Source: Alphaproteobacteria bacterium (GTDB taxonomy: Bacteria > Pseudomonadota > Alphaproteobacteria > UBA828). From it: a DNA stretch of 64,000 bases. Below are positions 20,176 through 29,595 of this stretch, piece after piece; the first letter of the stretch is position 1; each line of letters starts with the position of its first letter. Position numbers and translations under genes: made by a program. Below the pieces are notes generated by a model. It saw nothing but the letters and a program-made list of their open reading frames with translations. It did not search any database and was not told the DNA's origin. The DNA lies in the NCBI GenBank assembly GCA_965221125.1, contig CBDCRW010000005.1, forward strand, positions 224,001 through 288,000, in the 5' to 3' direction.

Positions 20176-20679
20176 ATGGCTCCTGACAAGTCCGTTCCGG
20201 CAACCGTCGCCGCTTTCGCCGCCCGGACGACGGTCGAGCAGGTCGAAGAAGGCCTCGCCCTGGCACCCAGGTTCGACGCCGACGGACTGATCCCCTGCGT
20301 CACCACCGACGCCAGCACGGGCGACGTGTTGATGCTGGGCTACATGAATGGCGAGGCGCTGCAGCGAACGATCGCGACCGGCGAGGCGCACTACTGGAGC
20401 CGAAGCCGCCAGTGCCTCTGGCGCAAGGGCGCGACCAGCGGCCTCGTCCAGGAGGTTGTCGAGATGCGCATCGACGACGACCAGGACGCCGTCTGGCTGC
20501 GCGTCCGGGTCGCCGGTTCAGGCGCCAGTTGTCACGTCGGATACCGTTCCTGCTTCTACCGCTCGGTTGAGCTCGGCGGCCCTTCCGGTGGACCTGCTCG
20601 GCTCGTGTTCACGGAGCAGCGGAAATCATTTGATCCGAAGGACGTCTACGGTGACGCGCCGAATCCGACGCAGCTTTGA
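20176..20679 (+). CDS. hisI: Phosphoribosyl-AMP cyclohydrolase (paralog)
   Basis: [31 protein letters not shown]. Confidence 0.9.
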   Translation: MAPDKSVPATVAAFAARTTVEQVEEGLALAPRFDADGLIPCVTTDASTGDVLMLGYMNGEALQRTIATGEAHYWSRSRQCLWRKGATSGLVQEVVEMRIDDDQDAVWLRVRVAGSGASCHVGYRSCFYRSVELGGPSGGPARLVFTEQRKSFDPKDVYGDAPNPTQL

Positions 20680-20751
20680 GGGTCTCCAACGAGCCAGGCG
20701 GCGCCCGCACCCGGCGCACCCGGCGTCGCGATCACGCTCTGACGAATTGCC

Positions 20752-21981
20752 ATGACCCAGCCGCTGGAACGACCCGTTCTGCCCGTCACCGTACTTTCCG
20801 GCTTCCTAGGCGCCGGCAAGACCACGCTGATGAACCACATCCTCAACAACCGCGAAGGCAAGCGCGTCGCGGTCATCGTCAACGACATGAGCGAGGTCAA
20901 CATCGACGCCGATCTCATCCGTGGCGGCGGCGCAGATCTGAGCCGCACGGACGAGACTCTGGTCGAAATGACCAATGGCTGCATCTGCTGCACGCTGCGC
21001 GATGACCTTCTCAAGGAGGTACGCCGGCTCGCTCAGGATGGCCGGTTCGACTACCTTCTCATCGAATCGACCGGCATTTCCGAGCCGCTGCCCGTGGCGG
21101 CCACCTTCAATTTCCGGACGGAAGAGGGCGAGAGCCTGGAGGATGTCTCGCGCCTCGATACGATGGTGACCGTGGTCGATGCCGCAAACCTCCTGCGCGA
21201 CTACGCATCGACCGATTTCCTCAAGGACCGGGGCGAGGCGCTAGGCGAGGATGACAACCGCGCGCTGGTCAATCTGCTCGTCGATCAGATCGAATTCGCC
21301 GACGTCATCATTCTGAACAAGATCGATGCGGCAAAGCCCGAACAGCTCGATGCCGCGCGCAAGATCATCCGGTCGCTCAACAGCGATGCGGAACTCATCG
21401 AGACCAGCATGTCCCGCGTGTCGCTGGACAAGGTGCTGAACACCGGCCGGTTCGACCGTGACAAGGCGCAGGAACACCCGCTTTGGTTCAAGGAGCTGTA
21501 CGGCTTCGCCGAGCACAAGCCGGAGACCGAGGAATACGGGGTGCGCAGCTTCGTGTATCAGGCGCGCCGTCCCTTTCATCCCGAGAAATTCCACGCCTTC
21601 ATCAACTCGTCGTGGCCGGGAGTCATTCGTGCCAAGGGGCGCTTCTGGCTGGCCAACCGTCCTGAATGGGTCGGCGAGTTGAGCCAGGCCGGCGCGCTTG
21701 TCCGCCACGGGGCCGTGGGCTTCTGGTGGGCGAGCGCCCCCAAGGAACATTGGCCCGATCACCCGGAATGGCGTCGGAACATCGCCAAGTCCTGGGATCC
21801 CGTCTACGGAGACCGCCACCAGGAAATCGTCTTCATCGGCACTGACATGGACGAGGCCGCGATCCGACGCTGGCTCGACGACTGCCTTGTCGGCGATACC
21901 AGTGCCAAAGCCATGCAGCCTGCCGCCTGGAAAAAGCTCAAGGATCCGTTCCCGGCCTGGAAGCGGGCCGAGCCGTCATGA
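20752..21981 (+). CDS. zigA: Zinc metallochaperone GTPase ZigA/YciC (COG0523)
   Basis: [50 protein letters not shown]. Confidence 0.88.
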   Translation: MTQPLERPVLPVTVLSGFLGAGKTTLMNHILNNREGKRVAVIVNDMSEVNIDADLIRGGGADLSRTDETLVEMTNGCICCTLRDDLLKEVRRLAQDGRFDYLLIESTGISEPLPVAATFNFRTEEGESLEDVSRLDTMVTVVDAANLLRDYASTDFLKDRGEALGEDDNRALVNLLVDQIEFADVIILNKIDAAKPEQLDAARKIIRSLNSDAELIETSMSRVSLDKVLNTGRFDRDKAQEHPLWFKELYGFAEHKPETEEYGVRSFVYQARRPFHPEKFHAFINSSWPGVIRAKGRFWLANRPEWVGELSQAGALVRHGAVGFWWASAPKEHWPDHPEWRRNIAKSWDPVYGDRHQEIVFIGTDMDEAAIRRWLDDCLVGDTSAKAMQPAAWKKLKDPFPAWKRAEPS

Positions 21982-22670
21982 CCGTTCCGTCGGTATCCCT
22001 GGACGGCGAGTCCGTGAGGACCTCCGCCACGTTGGGCGTGGGCATCGCGACGTGCGACGCGGCGGAAGGCCTCGCCGCCATCGACGAGCCCAACATGGAG
22101 CTCGTGATCTGGCGGCGCGCGCTTCCCTTGTGTCTGCAGACCTGGCTCGACCGAATGGATGCGTCGTGTCTTCCTGACTTGCGGGTTCTTGTCCGGCCCT
22201 GCGACCTTCGACGGGCGGTGGAACCGCATCTGGACGAATCCGGCATGCCTGCCGGAGACATGCGCGACCTGCTGGTCGGGGACGTCGACGATCTCGTCTC
22301 GGCCTTTGCCGGCATCGCCCGAAGCGATCTCGTCGATGTAAGGCTGGAGCGCGTCAGCCACGATTCCTGCTGGAAGTTCCACCGCGACTTCGTGGAGGCG
22401 CGCCTCCTGACGACGTACCGCGGTCCCGCCACCGAGTGGGTCCAACCGATCCATGCCGAGCGGGCATTGCGCGCACAGAAGCGGTTCGAGGGACCGTTGG
22501 AGCACATCCGTGGCAACGACGTGGCGTTTTTCAAGGGAAACTGCGGCGGACCAGGCAGCGGAATCGTGCACCGCTCGCCGCCCATCGCGGGCACCGGCTG
22601 CACGCGACTGCTGCTCTCCCTCAACAAGCCGTCGGACGCATCTCCGGAGCCGTGGCCGGGAGGCGTCTAG
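21978..22670 (+). CDS. DUF1826 family protein
   Basis: [31 protein letters not shown]. Confidence 0.85.
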   Translation: MTVPSVSLDGESVRTSATLGVGIATCDAAEGLAAIDEPNMELVIWRRALPLCLQTWLDRMDASCLPDLRVLVRPCDLRRAVEPHLDESGMPAGDMRDLLVGDVDDLVSAFAGIARSDLVDVRLERVSHDSCWKFHRDFVEARLLTTYRGPATEWVQPIHAERALRAQKRFEGPLEHIRGNDVAFFKGNCGGPGSGIVHRSPPIAGTGCTRLLLSLNKPSDASPEPWPGGV

Positions 22671-22687
22671 CACGAGACGCCGCTGTC

Positions 22688-23143
22688 ATGAATATCGAGC
22701 GACCGACCATTTCGGTATGCACGCGCTGTCGACCGCAGGGCTGGCAAGACACTGCAAACCGCGAGCGCCCTGGCGCGGCGCTGGCGAGCGCTTTGCAACG
22801 GTCCCTGTCCGATGCGGTTTTGCCGCCACCTATAAATCTGCGCCGCGTGCGCTGCATGAGCCAGTGTTTGCGCCCCTGCGTTATTGCGTTCTCGCATCGC
22901 GACCGATTCACATACCTGTTCGGCGACCTGGATCCGGCACGCCACGTCGACGATATTCTCGCGGCGGTCCGGATGTGGCTGTCGCGAAGCGATGGGTTCG
23001 TGGAGCGCAACAGGCGGCCCCCGAGCATGCGAAGCGGCATCCTGGCGCGTATTCCGCCGCTCGATTGCACCCACGAAATGATAGAGGGCCAGACTCCCTA
23101 CTTCGGCTCTTGCCAACCCCACCAACTTACCCCGTCACCTTAG
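22688..23143 (+). CDS. DUF1636 family Cys-rich protein
   Basis: VCTRC...CMSQCLRPC...TYLFGDLD...ILARIPP. Confidence 0.82.
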   Translation: MNIERPTISVCTRCRPQGWQDTANRERPGAALASALQRSLSDAVLPPPINLRRVRCMSQCLRPCVIAFSHRDRFTYLFGDLDPARHVDDILAAVRMWLSRSDGFVERNRRPPSMRSGILARIPPLDCTHEMIEGQTPYFGSCQPHQLTPSP

Positions 23144-23333
23144 CAATACGGCTCGCAATCCGATTGGCCGCCGCCTTGACCGGGTCGCTGGCCAGATGCG
23201 CATAGCGGGCGGTGGTCTGCACCCTGGTGTGGCCCAGCAGCTTCCCGATCATCGGCAAGCCCTCGCCAACCAATAGCCCGCCGTTGGCGAAGCTGTGACG
23301 CAGATCGTGGATGCGGAGATTGCGACGCTGCAT
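23127..23333 (-). pseudogene. C-terminal fragment of a tyrosine recombinase/integrase
   Basis: HDLRHSFA...LLGHT..TTARYAH catalytic motifs in only 68 aa. Confidence 0.85.
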
Positions 23334-23596
23334 GTCGGCCGGAGAGCGCCGCGCTGACCATGACCTTGGTGAGAAATACGGGCTGGCCCGGATTCACCAC
23401 CAAGGCCACGGTGAGAGATGCGGGCGGGGGACCCGGACCATGGTGCGGTGCACGGGGCAGGCGGGTGGGGGCAGGCTCTGCGGATGCAGCGCGCACACCA
23501 TCGCCTCTCCATGACAGCAGACCAACGCTCTTCTGCGACATCAGACCATCGCCCTGCCGGGAGAGGCGGGCCGGAGCGGGCGGGGCGAGCCGGCTG

Positions 23597-24205
23597 ATGG
23601 CCGGGCGCTCGTCCCTCGAGCTCTTGCCGCCGCCGGTTCTGGCGGGGGTGCACGAGGCGATCGTCGAGGGCGCCACCATCGACGAGATCGTCCGGCGCAT
23701 CCGCGCGGATGGCGGGAGCTGCTCGCGCTCGGCCGTCGTCCGCTACGTCAAGGGGGAGCGCGAGAGGCTGCGGGCCTGGCGGGAGGAACATGCGCGCGGC
23801 GCTCTCTGGCTCGCGTCGCTCGGCGTACAGCCCGAGGGCGGCACCGGGCCGCGCGCGCTCGAGGCGGTGAGGGCTCTCGCCATGCGGGCCGCCGGCGCCC
23901 TCGGCAGCGAGGAGGAACCGCCGCCGGTCGATCTGATCGCCACGCTCGCGCTGGCCCTGCAGCGCATCGAGTCCGCCGACAAGAGCGGTGCGGAACGCGA
24001 GAGCGCGGCTGGCCGCAGCGCCGGCGCGCCCCCAGGATGGCCCAGGTCTGCGGAAGAGCAGAAGAAGGGGCTCTCCCCCGACGCCGTCGCCCACATCCGC
24101 GCCGCCGTGGAGGGCCACTGGGGCATCCACGATCCGGTCGCGGGCGAAGAAGCCGTCGCCGAGGCCTATTGGCAATTGAAGGCCCGGGATGCGGAGGGCG
24201 AATGA
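23597..24205 (+). CDS. Mu gp27-like (DUF3486) protein, orphan
   Basis: GRSSLELLP...GATIDEI...SRSAVVRY...KKGLSPDAVAHIR resembles the family by eye. Confidence 0.65.
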   Translation: MAGRSSLELLPPPVLAGVHEAIVEGATIDEIVRRIRADGGSCSRSAVVRYVKGERERLRAWREEHARGALWLASLGVQPEGGTGPRALEAVRALAMRAAGALGSEEEPPPVDLIATLALALQRIESADKSGAERESAAGRSAGAPPGWPRSAEEQKKGLSPDAVAHIRAAVEGHWGIHDPVAGEEAVAEAYWQLKARDAEGE

Positions 24206-24250
24206 GGCCGGCGGCACGCGCGGCCGGGTGGCGGCCCTGGGCGGGCCGGC

Positions 24251-24353
24251 TTGGGCCACCATGAGCCGCCTTGGGTCACTTTGGGCCACTTTGGGCCGCT
24301 CGTTTGGACCATCTTGGGCCACTTTGGACCACTTTGGGCCGGAATAGACCGGA
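24251..24353. repeat. Tandem decamer array, consensus TTGGGCCACT (about 10 units)
   Basis: Units start at 24251, 24261, 24271, 24281, 24291, 24304, 24314, 24324, 24334, 24344. Confidence 0.85.
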
Positions 24354-24361
24354 ATGCCGCT

Positions 24362-24566
24362 TTAGAGCGCGTCCGACTTTGACGGACGCGCTCCAGGCCG
24401 CGATAGCGGCCCGTCGCGAACGCGGCGCGCCCGCATCGTGCGCTCCGCGCGCGTCCCGCGCGACGGCGCCGGCCGTCGCGCCGGTAGGCGCGCGGAATCG
24501 CACGACGGCCGGCTGCCGTGAGCGAGAAATGCTTAAACCTTTCCGTGCAAAACGGAAACGCTCTAG
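24362..24566 (+). repeat. Miniature palindromic repeat family A (RIME/MITE-like)
   Basis: TTAGAGCGCGTCCG...GGAAACGCTCTAG; homologous to 48136-48315 and 57661-57809. Confidence 0.85.
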
Positions 24567-24652
24567 CATTCGCGCCGGACCGCCCGGCGGGGGCCGGCCG
24601 CAGCGGGTGGCGGGGACGAGCGGCACGATCGACACCGGCTGAGGAGAGCGGC

Positions 24653-25429
24653 ATGGCGCGCGCAAAAATTCTGCTGGCAGGCGAATCCTGGGTGACGACG
24701 GCGACGCACGTCAAAGGCTTCGACCAGTTCCCCACGGTCACCTTCCATCGCGGCGCGGACGCGCTGGCCGAGACGCTGGCGGACAGCGACTTCGCGCTCA
24801 CCTACATGCCGGCGCACGAGGCGCAGACGCATTTTCCGTCCACGCTCGACGGGCTGCGGGACTACGCCGCCGTCATCCTCAGCGACATCGGCGCCAACAC
24901 CCTGCTGCTGCATCCCGATACGTGGATCGACAGCGAGCCCACGCCGAACCGGCTCAAGCTCATCCGCGACTACGTGGGCGCGGGCGGCGGCCTGATGATG
25001 GTGGGCGGCTACTACAGCTTTCAGGGCATCAACGCGGGTGCGCGATACCGGGGAACGCCGGTGGAAGACGTGCTGCCCGTGACGATCCTCCCCTGGGACG
25101 ACCGCGTCGAGGTGCCGGAAGGGTTTCGCGCTGAGATGCGGGGGCCCGCCGCGCACCCGATCCTGGCCGGCCTCGGCACGGAATGGCCGCTGCTGCTGGG
25201 CTACAACGAGGTCGCGCTGAAGGAGGGGGCGGAGCTTCTGCTCAAGGTGCCGGACGACGCGGGCGGCCATCCCCTGCTGGCGACGGGAGACTACGGCAAG
25301 GGCCGCGCGATCGCCTGGACCTCGGACATCGGCCCGCACTGGTGCCCGCCCGATTTCGTCGCGTGGGCGGGCTACGGCCGCCTCTGGCGCCAGTGCCTCG
25401 CGTGGCTGACGCAGGCTTCGGGAGAGTGA
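24653..25429 (+). CDS. Glutamine amidotransferase-like protein (DUF1355/GATase1-like)
   Basis: LLAGESW...KGFDQF, ILSDIGANT, GGYYSFQG, SDIGPHW. Confidence 0.82.
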   Translation: MARAKILLAGESWVTTATHVKGFDQFPTVTFHRGADALAETLADSDFALTYMPAHEAQTHFPSTLDGLRDYAAVILSDIGANTLLLHPDTWIDSEPTPNRLKLIRDYVGAGGGLMMVGGYYSFQGINAGARYRGTPVEDVLPVTILPWDDRVEVPEGFRAEMRGPAAHPILAGLGTEWPLLLGYNEVALKEGAELLLKVPDDAGGHPLLATGDYGKGRAIAWTSDIGPHWCPPDFVAWAGYGRLWRQCLAWLTQASGE

Positions 25430-25456
25430 GGCGGGCCTTCTTCCCATACGCCGCAG

Positions 25457-25695
25457 GAACGATTTCCGACCTTACGAGATCACTGCGGCCAGAACACTCC
25501 CACCTCCCCCTGTCCCCCTCCTCCCATTGGGAGGAGGGGGGACGCTGACGCCGATGGCGGAGAGTCTCCCTCTCCTCCCCGCCGGGGAGGAGAGGGCCGG
25601 GGTGAGGTGGGGGATTCTTTTCGGACCGCGCAGCACTTGAAGGCGCGACCCTGCGGCAAGCGCGAACGATTCCATCCGATCGGATAGTGCGCTAG
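25457..25695 (+). repeat. Miniature palindromic repeat family B
   Basis: CGATTTCCGACCTTACGAGATCACTGCGG...GGAGAGGGCCGGGGTGAGGTGGGG...; homologous to 39319 and 49768 copies. Confidence 0.85.
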
Positions 25696-26411
25696 CGGGT
25701 GAAGCGCGATTCGGTGTCCGCGGTGCCGAACCTGCGGCTGTCCTCGTCGCTCCAGCGCGCGCCGCTCGCCTGGGTCGCGAACTTCTCGACCATGTACGCG
25801 CCGGCCGTGATCGGCGGATATTTCGCCGGCCGCTCCGCGCTCTGGCAGGTCGGCAGGCACTCGATCACCGCGTCGTGACGGGGCTCGACGAAATAGCAGA
25901 GCGACAGGCGCGGCCCGGCGGCGCGCGGCGGATTGACCACGCGATGCCGCGTGGAACGCCAGCGGTCGTTGGTCCACCGCATCATCTGGTCGCCGATATT
26001 GACCACGAACGATCCGGCGACGGCCTGCACGTCCACCCAGGCGCCGTCGGGGCTCCGCGCCTGCAGGCCCCCCGGCTTGTCCTCGATCAGGCAGATCGTG
26101 AGGTTGTCGTAGTCCGAGTGCTCGCCGGCGCGGAGCTGCCCCTCGTCCGGCGCCGTCCGCTGCTCCGGATAATTCAGCACACGCAGAATGCTGAATCCGT
26201 TCTCGAGCCGCGCGTCGAAATGATCCTCCGGCAGGTCGAACGCCAGCGCCGCGATCCTGTGCAGGTGCCGGCCCAGCCGGTCCAGCGCCCGGATGTAGGC
26301 CTCGATCGCCGGCCGGAACGCCGCCGGACGCCGCGGCCACAGGTTGGGCGCGTAGTGGGGCGCCGCCGCCGCCGTGCGGAAGGAGGGATCGTCCGGCACG
26401 TCGAGCGGCCC
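25692..26411 (-). pseudogene. 3' part of an isopenicillin-N-synthase-family 2OG-Fe(II) oxygenase interrupted by the transposon
   Basis: HSD...H facial triad (GEHSDY, STRHRV), RLS motif; in frame with 31038-31370 once the element is removed. Confidence 0.9.
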
Positions 26412-26785
26412 GATGGTGTTGTTTTCCGGTCTAGCCGGATAGAAGCACGGGTTTTTTTCTCACTTTGATTGGTTGGTGGATTTCCCGGGATGGTGGCCGA
26501 GTGCGGGAAGGACGCTGCCTGCGGCATTTTTTTGATCCTCAGCAGAATCCTCATTGCTGTTGAAGCTGTGGAGCGGTGGGCGCGAGATCGGCGAGTGTGG
26601 TCAGGCGGTGGGCAAGCGCCAGCTTGTCCACGGGCTGTCCACACGGTCCGCAGGACGCCGATCGGTCCGCAGGACGCGTCCACGGCTCCACAGCTTGGCG
26701 GCGGCGGGGAGCGTCCGTAATCTTGGCCTCTCACTGAACGACAAAGAGAGGCCCGGGGGACGGAACTCCCGCCGGGCCAGGGCCG

Positions 26786-27421
26786 GTGCAGCTTCGCTAC
26801 GAAACGGGGCTCACCAGCGAGGAATACGTTAAGACCGAGGCGTGGCGCGACGCAAGGCTTGAGCGCTGCCCGAATCACCCGCACGGCGGATGTTCTGTGG
26901 CAAGCCACGGCACCTACGAGCGGAAGACCCCGCCCGGCGCAAGGGTTCCTCGCTGGTATTGCCGTGAGAGCCATACGACCATCGGCCTGCTGGCCGACTG
27001 TCTGGCGGCGCGGCTGCCGGGCACGCTCGATGCGCTGGAAGCGGTTGTTGTCGTGGCGGAGGAGGCCGGCAGCCTGGAGGAGGCAGCGGACGAGGTGCGC
27101 TGCCCCGAGGACGAGGACGCCATCGAGCTTCCCGGCGCCGTGCGTTGGATCCGCCGCAGGCTGAAGCTTGTGCACGACGCGCTTGTGCGCGTCATCGGCC
27201 TGATCCCCGACCTGCTCGCGGGCTGCGCGCCCACCATGAGCGCGGTGCGCGAGCGTCTGAAGAGCGACAGCGCGTTGATGGAACTGCGCGGCCTGGTCGC
27301 CGGGCAGCTCCGGACGCTACCCGCGCCTCTGGGCTTCCAACCCCACGGCATCGACGTGGGGAATCGCAAACCGCAGTTCCAACAACGGGCGGGGCCGGAC
27401 CCGCCGCCGGAGAGTTCGTAG
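26786..27421 (+). CDS. Transposon-associated Cys/His protein (DUF6431-like)
   Basis: CPNH...C...HGTYER...WYC...TIGLLADC; first gene of the element. Confidence 0.65.
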   Translation: MQLRYETGLTSEEYVKTEAWRDARLERCPNHPHGGCSVASHGTYERKTPPGARVPRWYCRESHTTIGLLADCLAARLPGTLDALEAVVVVAEEAGSLEEAADEVRCPEDEDAIELPGAVRWIRRRLKLVHDALVRVIGLIPDLLAGCAPTMSAVRERLKSDSALMELRGLVAGQLRTLPAPLGFQPHGIDVGNRKPQFQQRAGPDPPPESS

Positions 27422-27466
27422 CGTGACGATCCCGGGGCCAGGGAGTCCCTGAACGAGGATCGCACC

Positions 27467-28795
27467 ATGAACAGCTCAGACGACGACCTTCGCCAACAGA
27501 TCGCGCTCTTCCGATACGACGTCATCGCCGATCTGGTGCATCTGCCCGTGGGTGCACCGGGTGCCGGCGCGATGATGCGCGCCAAAGCCGAGAAGACCTA
27601 CACGATCCCCGGAACCACCAGGACCCGGGTCGCCGCCGAGACCATGCGGCGCTGGATCAAGGACTACCGCTACGGCGGCTTCGACGCGCTCTACCCCAAG
27701 CCCCGCACCGACCGGGGGAAGCCCCGGCGGCTGCCGCCCGAGGTCGCCGAGCGCCTCATCGCGCTGAAGACCGAGAACGACGCATTGTCGGTTCGCGCCA
27801 TCATCCAGAAGGTCAAGGAGGAGGGTATCGACCACCCGCTCGCCTCGTCCACCGTGCACCGCCTCTTCAGCCGCGAGGGCCTGTTCGACAAGAAGCCGCC
27901 CGACGGGGCGGATCGCCGCCGCTTCGCCTTCCGGCATGCCGGCGAGATGTGGATGAGCGACGTCATGCACGGACCCAAGGTCCGGCACGGCCGAACCCGG
28001 CGCAAGACCTACCTGATCGCCTTCATCGACGACGCCACCCGCGTCATCCCGTTCGCCGCCTTCGCCATGGCGGAGAACACTGCGGCGTTCCTGCCGGTGT
28101 TCAAGGACGCGCTGATCCGGCGCGGCCTCCCGGCCCGCTTGTACGTCGACAACGGAAGCGCCTACCGCTCCCGTCATCTCTCCCTGGTCTGCGCCAGGCT
28201 CGGCGTTGCGTTGATTCACGCAAGGGCGTTCCAGCCAGCGGGAAAGGGTAAGATCGAGCGCTTCTTCCGCACCCTCCGGGCCGGCTGGCTCCGCCACCTC
28301 GGCGATGACGTCGACAGCCTGGAGGCGCTCAACCGCAGCCTCTGGGCCTGGATCGAGGGGGAGTATCACAACAGCCCGCATCGTGGCCTCGACGAGGGGC
28401 GCACCCCGCTTGAGCAGTGGGCGCTGGCCTCGGCCGGCGTGCGCTATCCCGACGCCACCATGGACCTCGACGATCTGTTCCTCTTCGAGGCCAGGCGCCG
28501 TGTCTACAAGGACCGCACCGTTAGTCTGAACGGCCGCGTCTACGAGGTCGACGCCCTCCTGGTGGGTCAGAACGTCATCCTGCGCTACGACCCGGCCGCG
28601 CCGCCCTCGCGCCCTCTCGACGTGGTCCATGACGGCAAGCCGGCCGGCAAGGCCAGCCCTCTCGACGCCTACGCCAATACCGCCGTCAGGCGCACCTACC
28701 CGGCCAGGGAGATCGAGGCCGAAGATCCGGCGCCCGAGCCTCCGCCCTCGCCGCTGGCCATGCGCAACCTCAAGGACAAGAAGGAGGACGAGTGA
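27467..28795 (+). CDS. DDE transposase (HTH + rve core + Mu-transposase C-terminal domain)
   Basis: WMSDVMHG, YVDNGSAY, KGKIERFF, YHNSPH, RRVYKDRTVSLNG. Confidence 0.93.
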   Translation: MNSSDDDLRQQIALFRYDVIADLVHLPVGAPGAGAMMRAKAEKTYTIPGTTRTRVAAETMRRWIKDYRYGGFDALYPKPRTDRGKPRRLPPEVAERLIALKTENDALSVRAIIQKVKEEGIDHPLASSTVHRLFSREGLFDKKPPDGADRRRFAFRHAGEMWMSDVMHGPKVRHGRTRRKTYLIAFIDDATRVIPFAAFAMAENTAAFLPVFKDALIRRGLPARLYVDNGSAYRSRHLSLVCARLGVALIHARAFQPAGKGKIERFFRTLRAGWLRHLGDDVDSLEALNRSLWAWIEGEYHNSPHRGLDEGRTPLEQWALASAGVRYPDATMDLDDLFLFEARRRVYKDRTVSLNGRVYEVDALLVGQNVILRYDPAAPPSRPLDVVHDGKPAGKASPLDAYANTAVRRTYPAREIEAEDPAPEPPPSPLAMRNLKDKKEDE

Positions 28796-29595
28796 TGTAC
28801 CTGCGCCACTTCGCCTTCACCCGCCTGCCCTTCGAGACCCCGGCAGAGACCGACGAGCTGTTCGAGTCCAACGCGCGCCGCGAGGCCGAGGCCAGGCTCG
28901 GCCACCTCATCGACCTGCGCGGCATCGGCCTGCTCACCGGCGAGGTGGGCTCCGGCAAGACCACCGTGTGCCGGCATCTGACCGCGCAGCTTCATCCAGG
29001 CCTCTACCGGGTCCACTACGTCTCGCTGACCACGGGCAACGTGCTCGACATGTACAAGGCGATCGCGTGGGAGATCGGCCTGCCCATCGAGCGCTCCCGC
29101 GCCTCGGCCTATCAGGCCATCCGAAACGAGATCTCCCGCCTCGTCACCGAGGCCAAGCAGCTGCCGGTCCTCGTCATCGACGAGGCCCATCATCTGCGCA
29201 ACGACGTCCTTGAGGACCTGCGCCTGCTCACCAACTTCGCCATGGATGCAGAGCAGCGCCTGTGCCTCGTCCTCGTCGGTCTGACCGAGCTCAGGCGCCG
29301 CCTGGCCATGGCCATGCACGAATCCCTCAGCCAGCGCCTCGTCGTCCGCCACCACCTGAGCGGTCTCGACCGCGACGAGGTCGACGCTTACATCAAGCAC
29401 CGCCTCAGGCTCGCGGGATGCGAACTGCCGCTGTTCGAAGAGCCCGCCGTCGAGGCCCTGTTCCAGGGCGCGCGCGGCCTGCCGCGCCAGATCAACCGCA
29501 TCGCCCACTACGCGCTCTCCGCCGCCGCTCTCGACGAGGCGAGGACCGTCAGTGCCGACCACCTGCAGCACGCGCTCGAGGAACTGCGGCCATGA
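28792..29595 (+). CDS. ExeA/TniB/TnsC-like AAA ATPase (transposition regulator)
   Basis: [28 protein letters not shown]; overlaps the transposase stop. Confidence 0.88.
   Translation: MMYLRHFAFTRLPFETPAETDELFESNARREAEARLGHLIDLRGIGLLTGEVGSGKTTVCRHLTAQLHPGLYRVHYVSLTTGNVLDMYKAIAWEIGLPIERSRASAYQAIRNEISRLVTEAKQLPVLVIDEAHHLRNDVLEDLRLLTNFAMDAEQRLCLVLVGLTELRRRLAMAMHESLSQRLVVRHHLSGLDRDEVDAYIKHRLRLAGCELPLFEEPAVEALFQGARGLPRQINRIAHYALSAAALDEARTVSADHLQHALEELRP

Larger units (their letters stand above)
11522..23446. mobile_element. Putative decayed genomic island (zinc-starvation island)
   Basis: Visibly less GC-biased codons than the flanks, terminal integrase fragment, ACCATGGTGC at both borders, self-contained Zur regulon. 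Confidence 0.5.

Noticed and set aside
23127-24205. Integrase fragment plus gp27-like gene as a prophage
   Set aside because: No structural, large terminase or lysis genes nearby
24251-24353. Decamer array as a CRISPR array
   Set aside because: Units are 10 bp and contiguous, with no unique spacers and no cas genes
28792-29595. ExeA-like ATPase as part of a type II secretion system
   Set aside because: No gsp genes and no TM or peptidoglycan-binding domain; it lies inside transposon ends, coupled to a transposase
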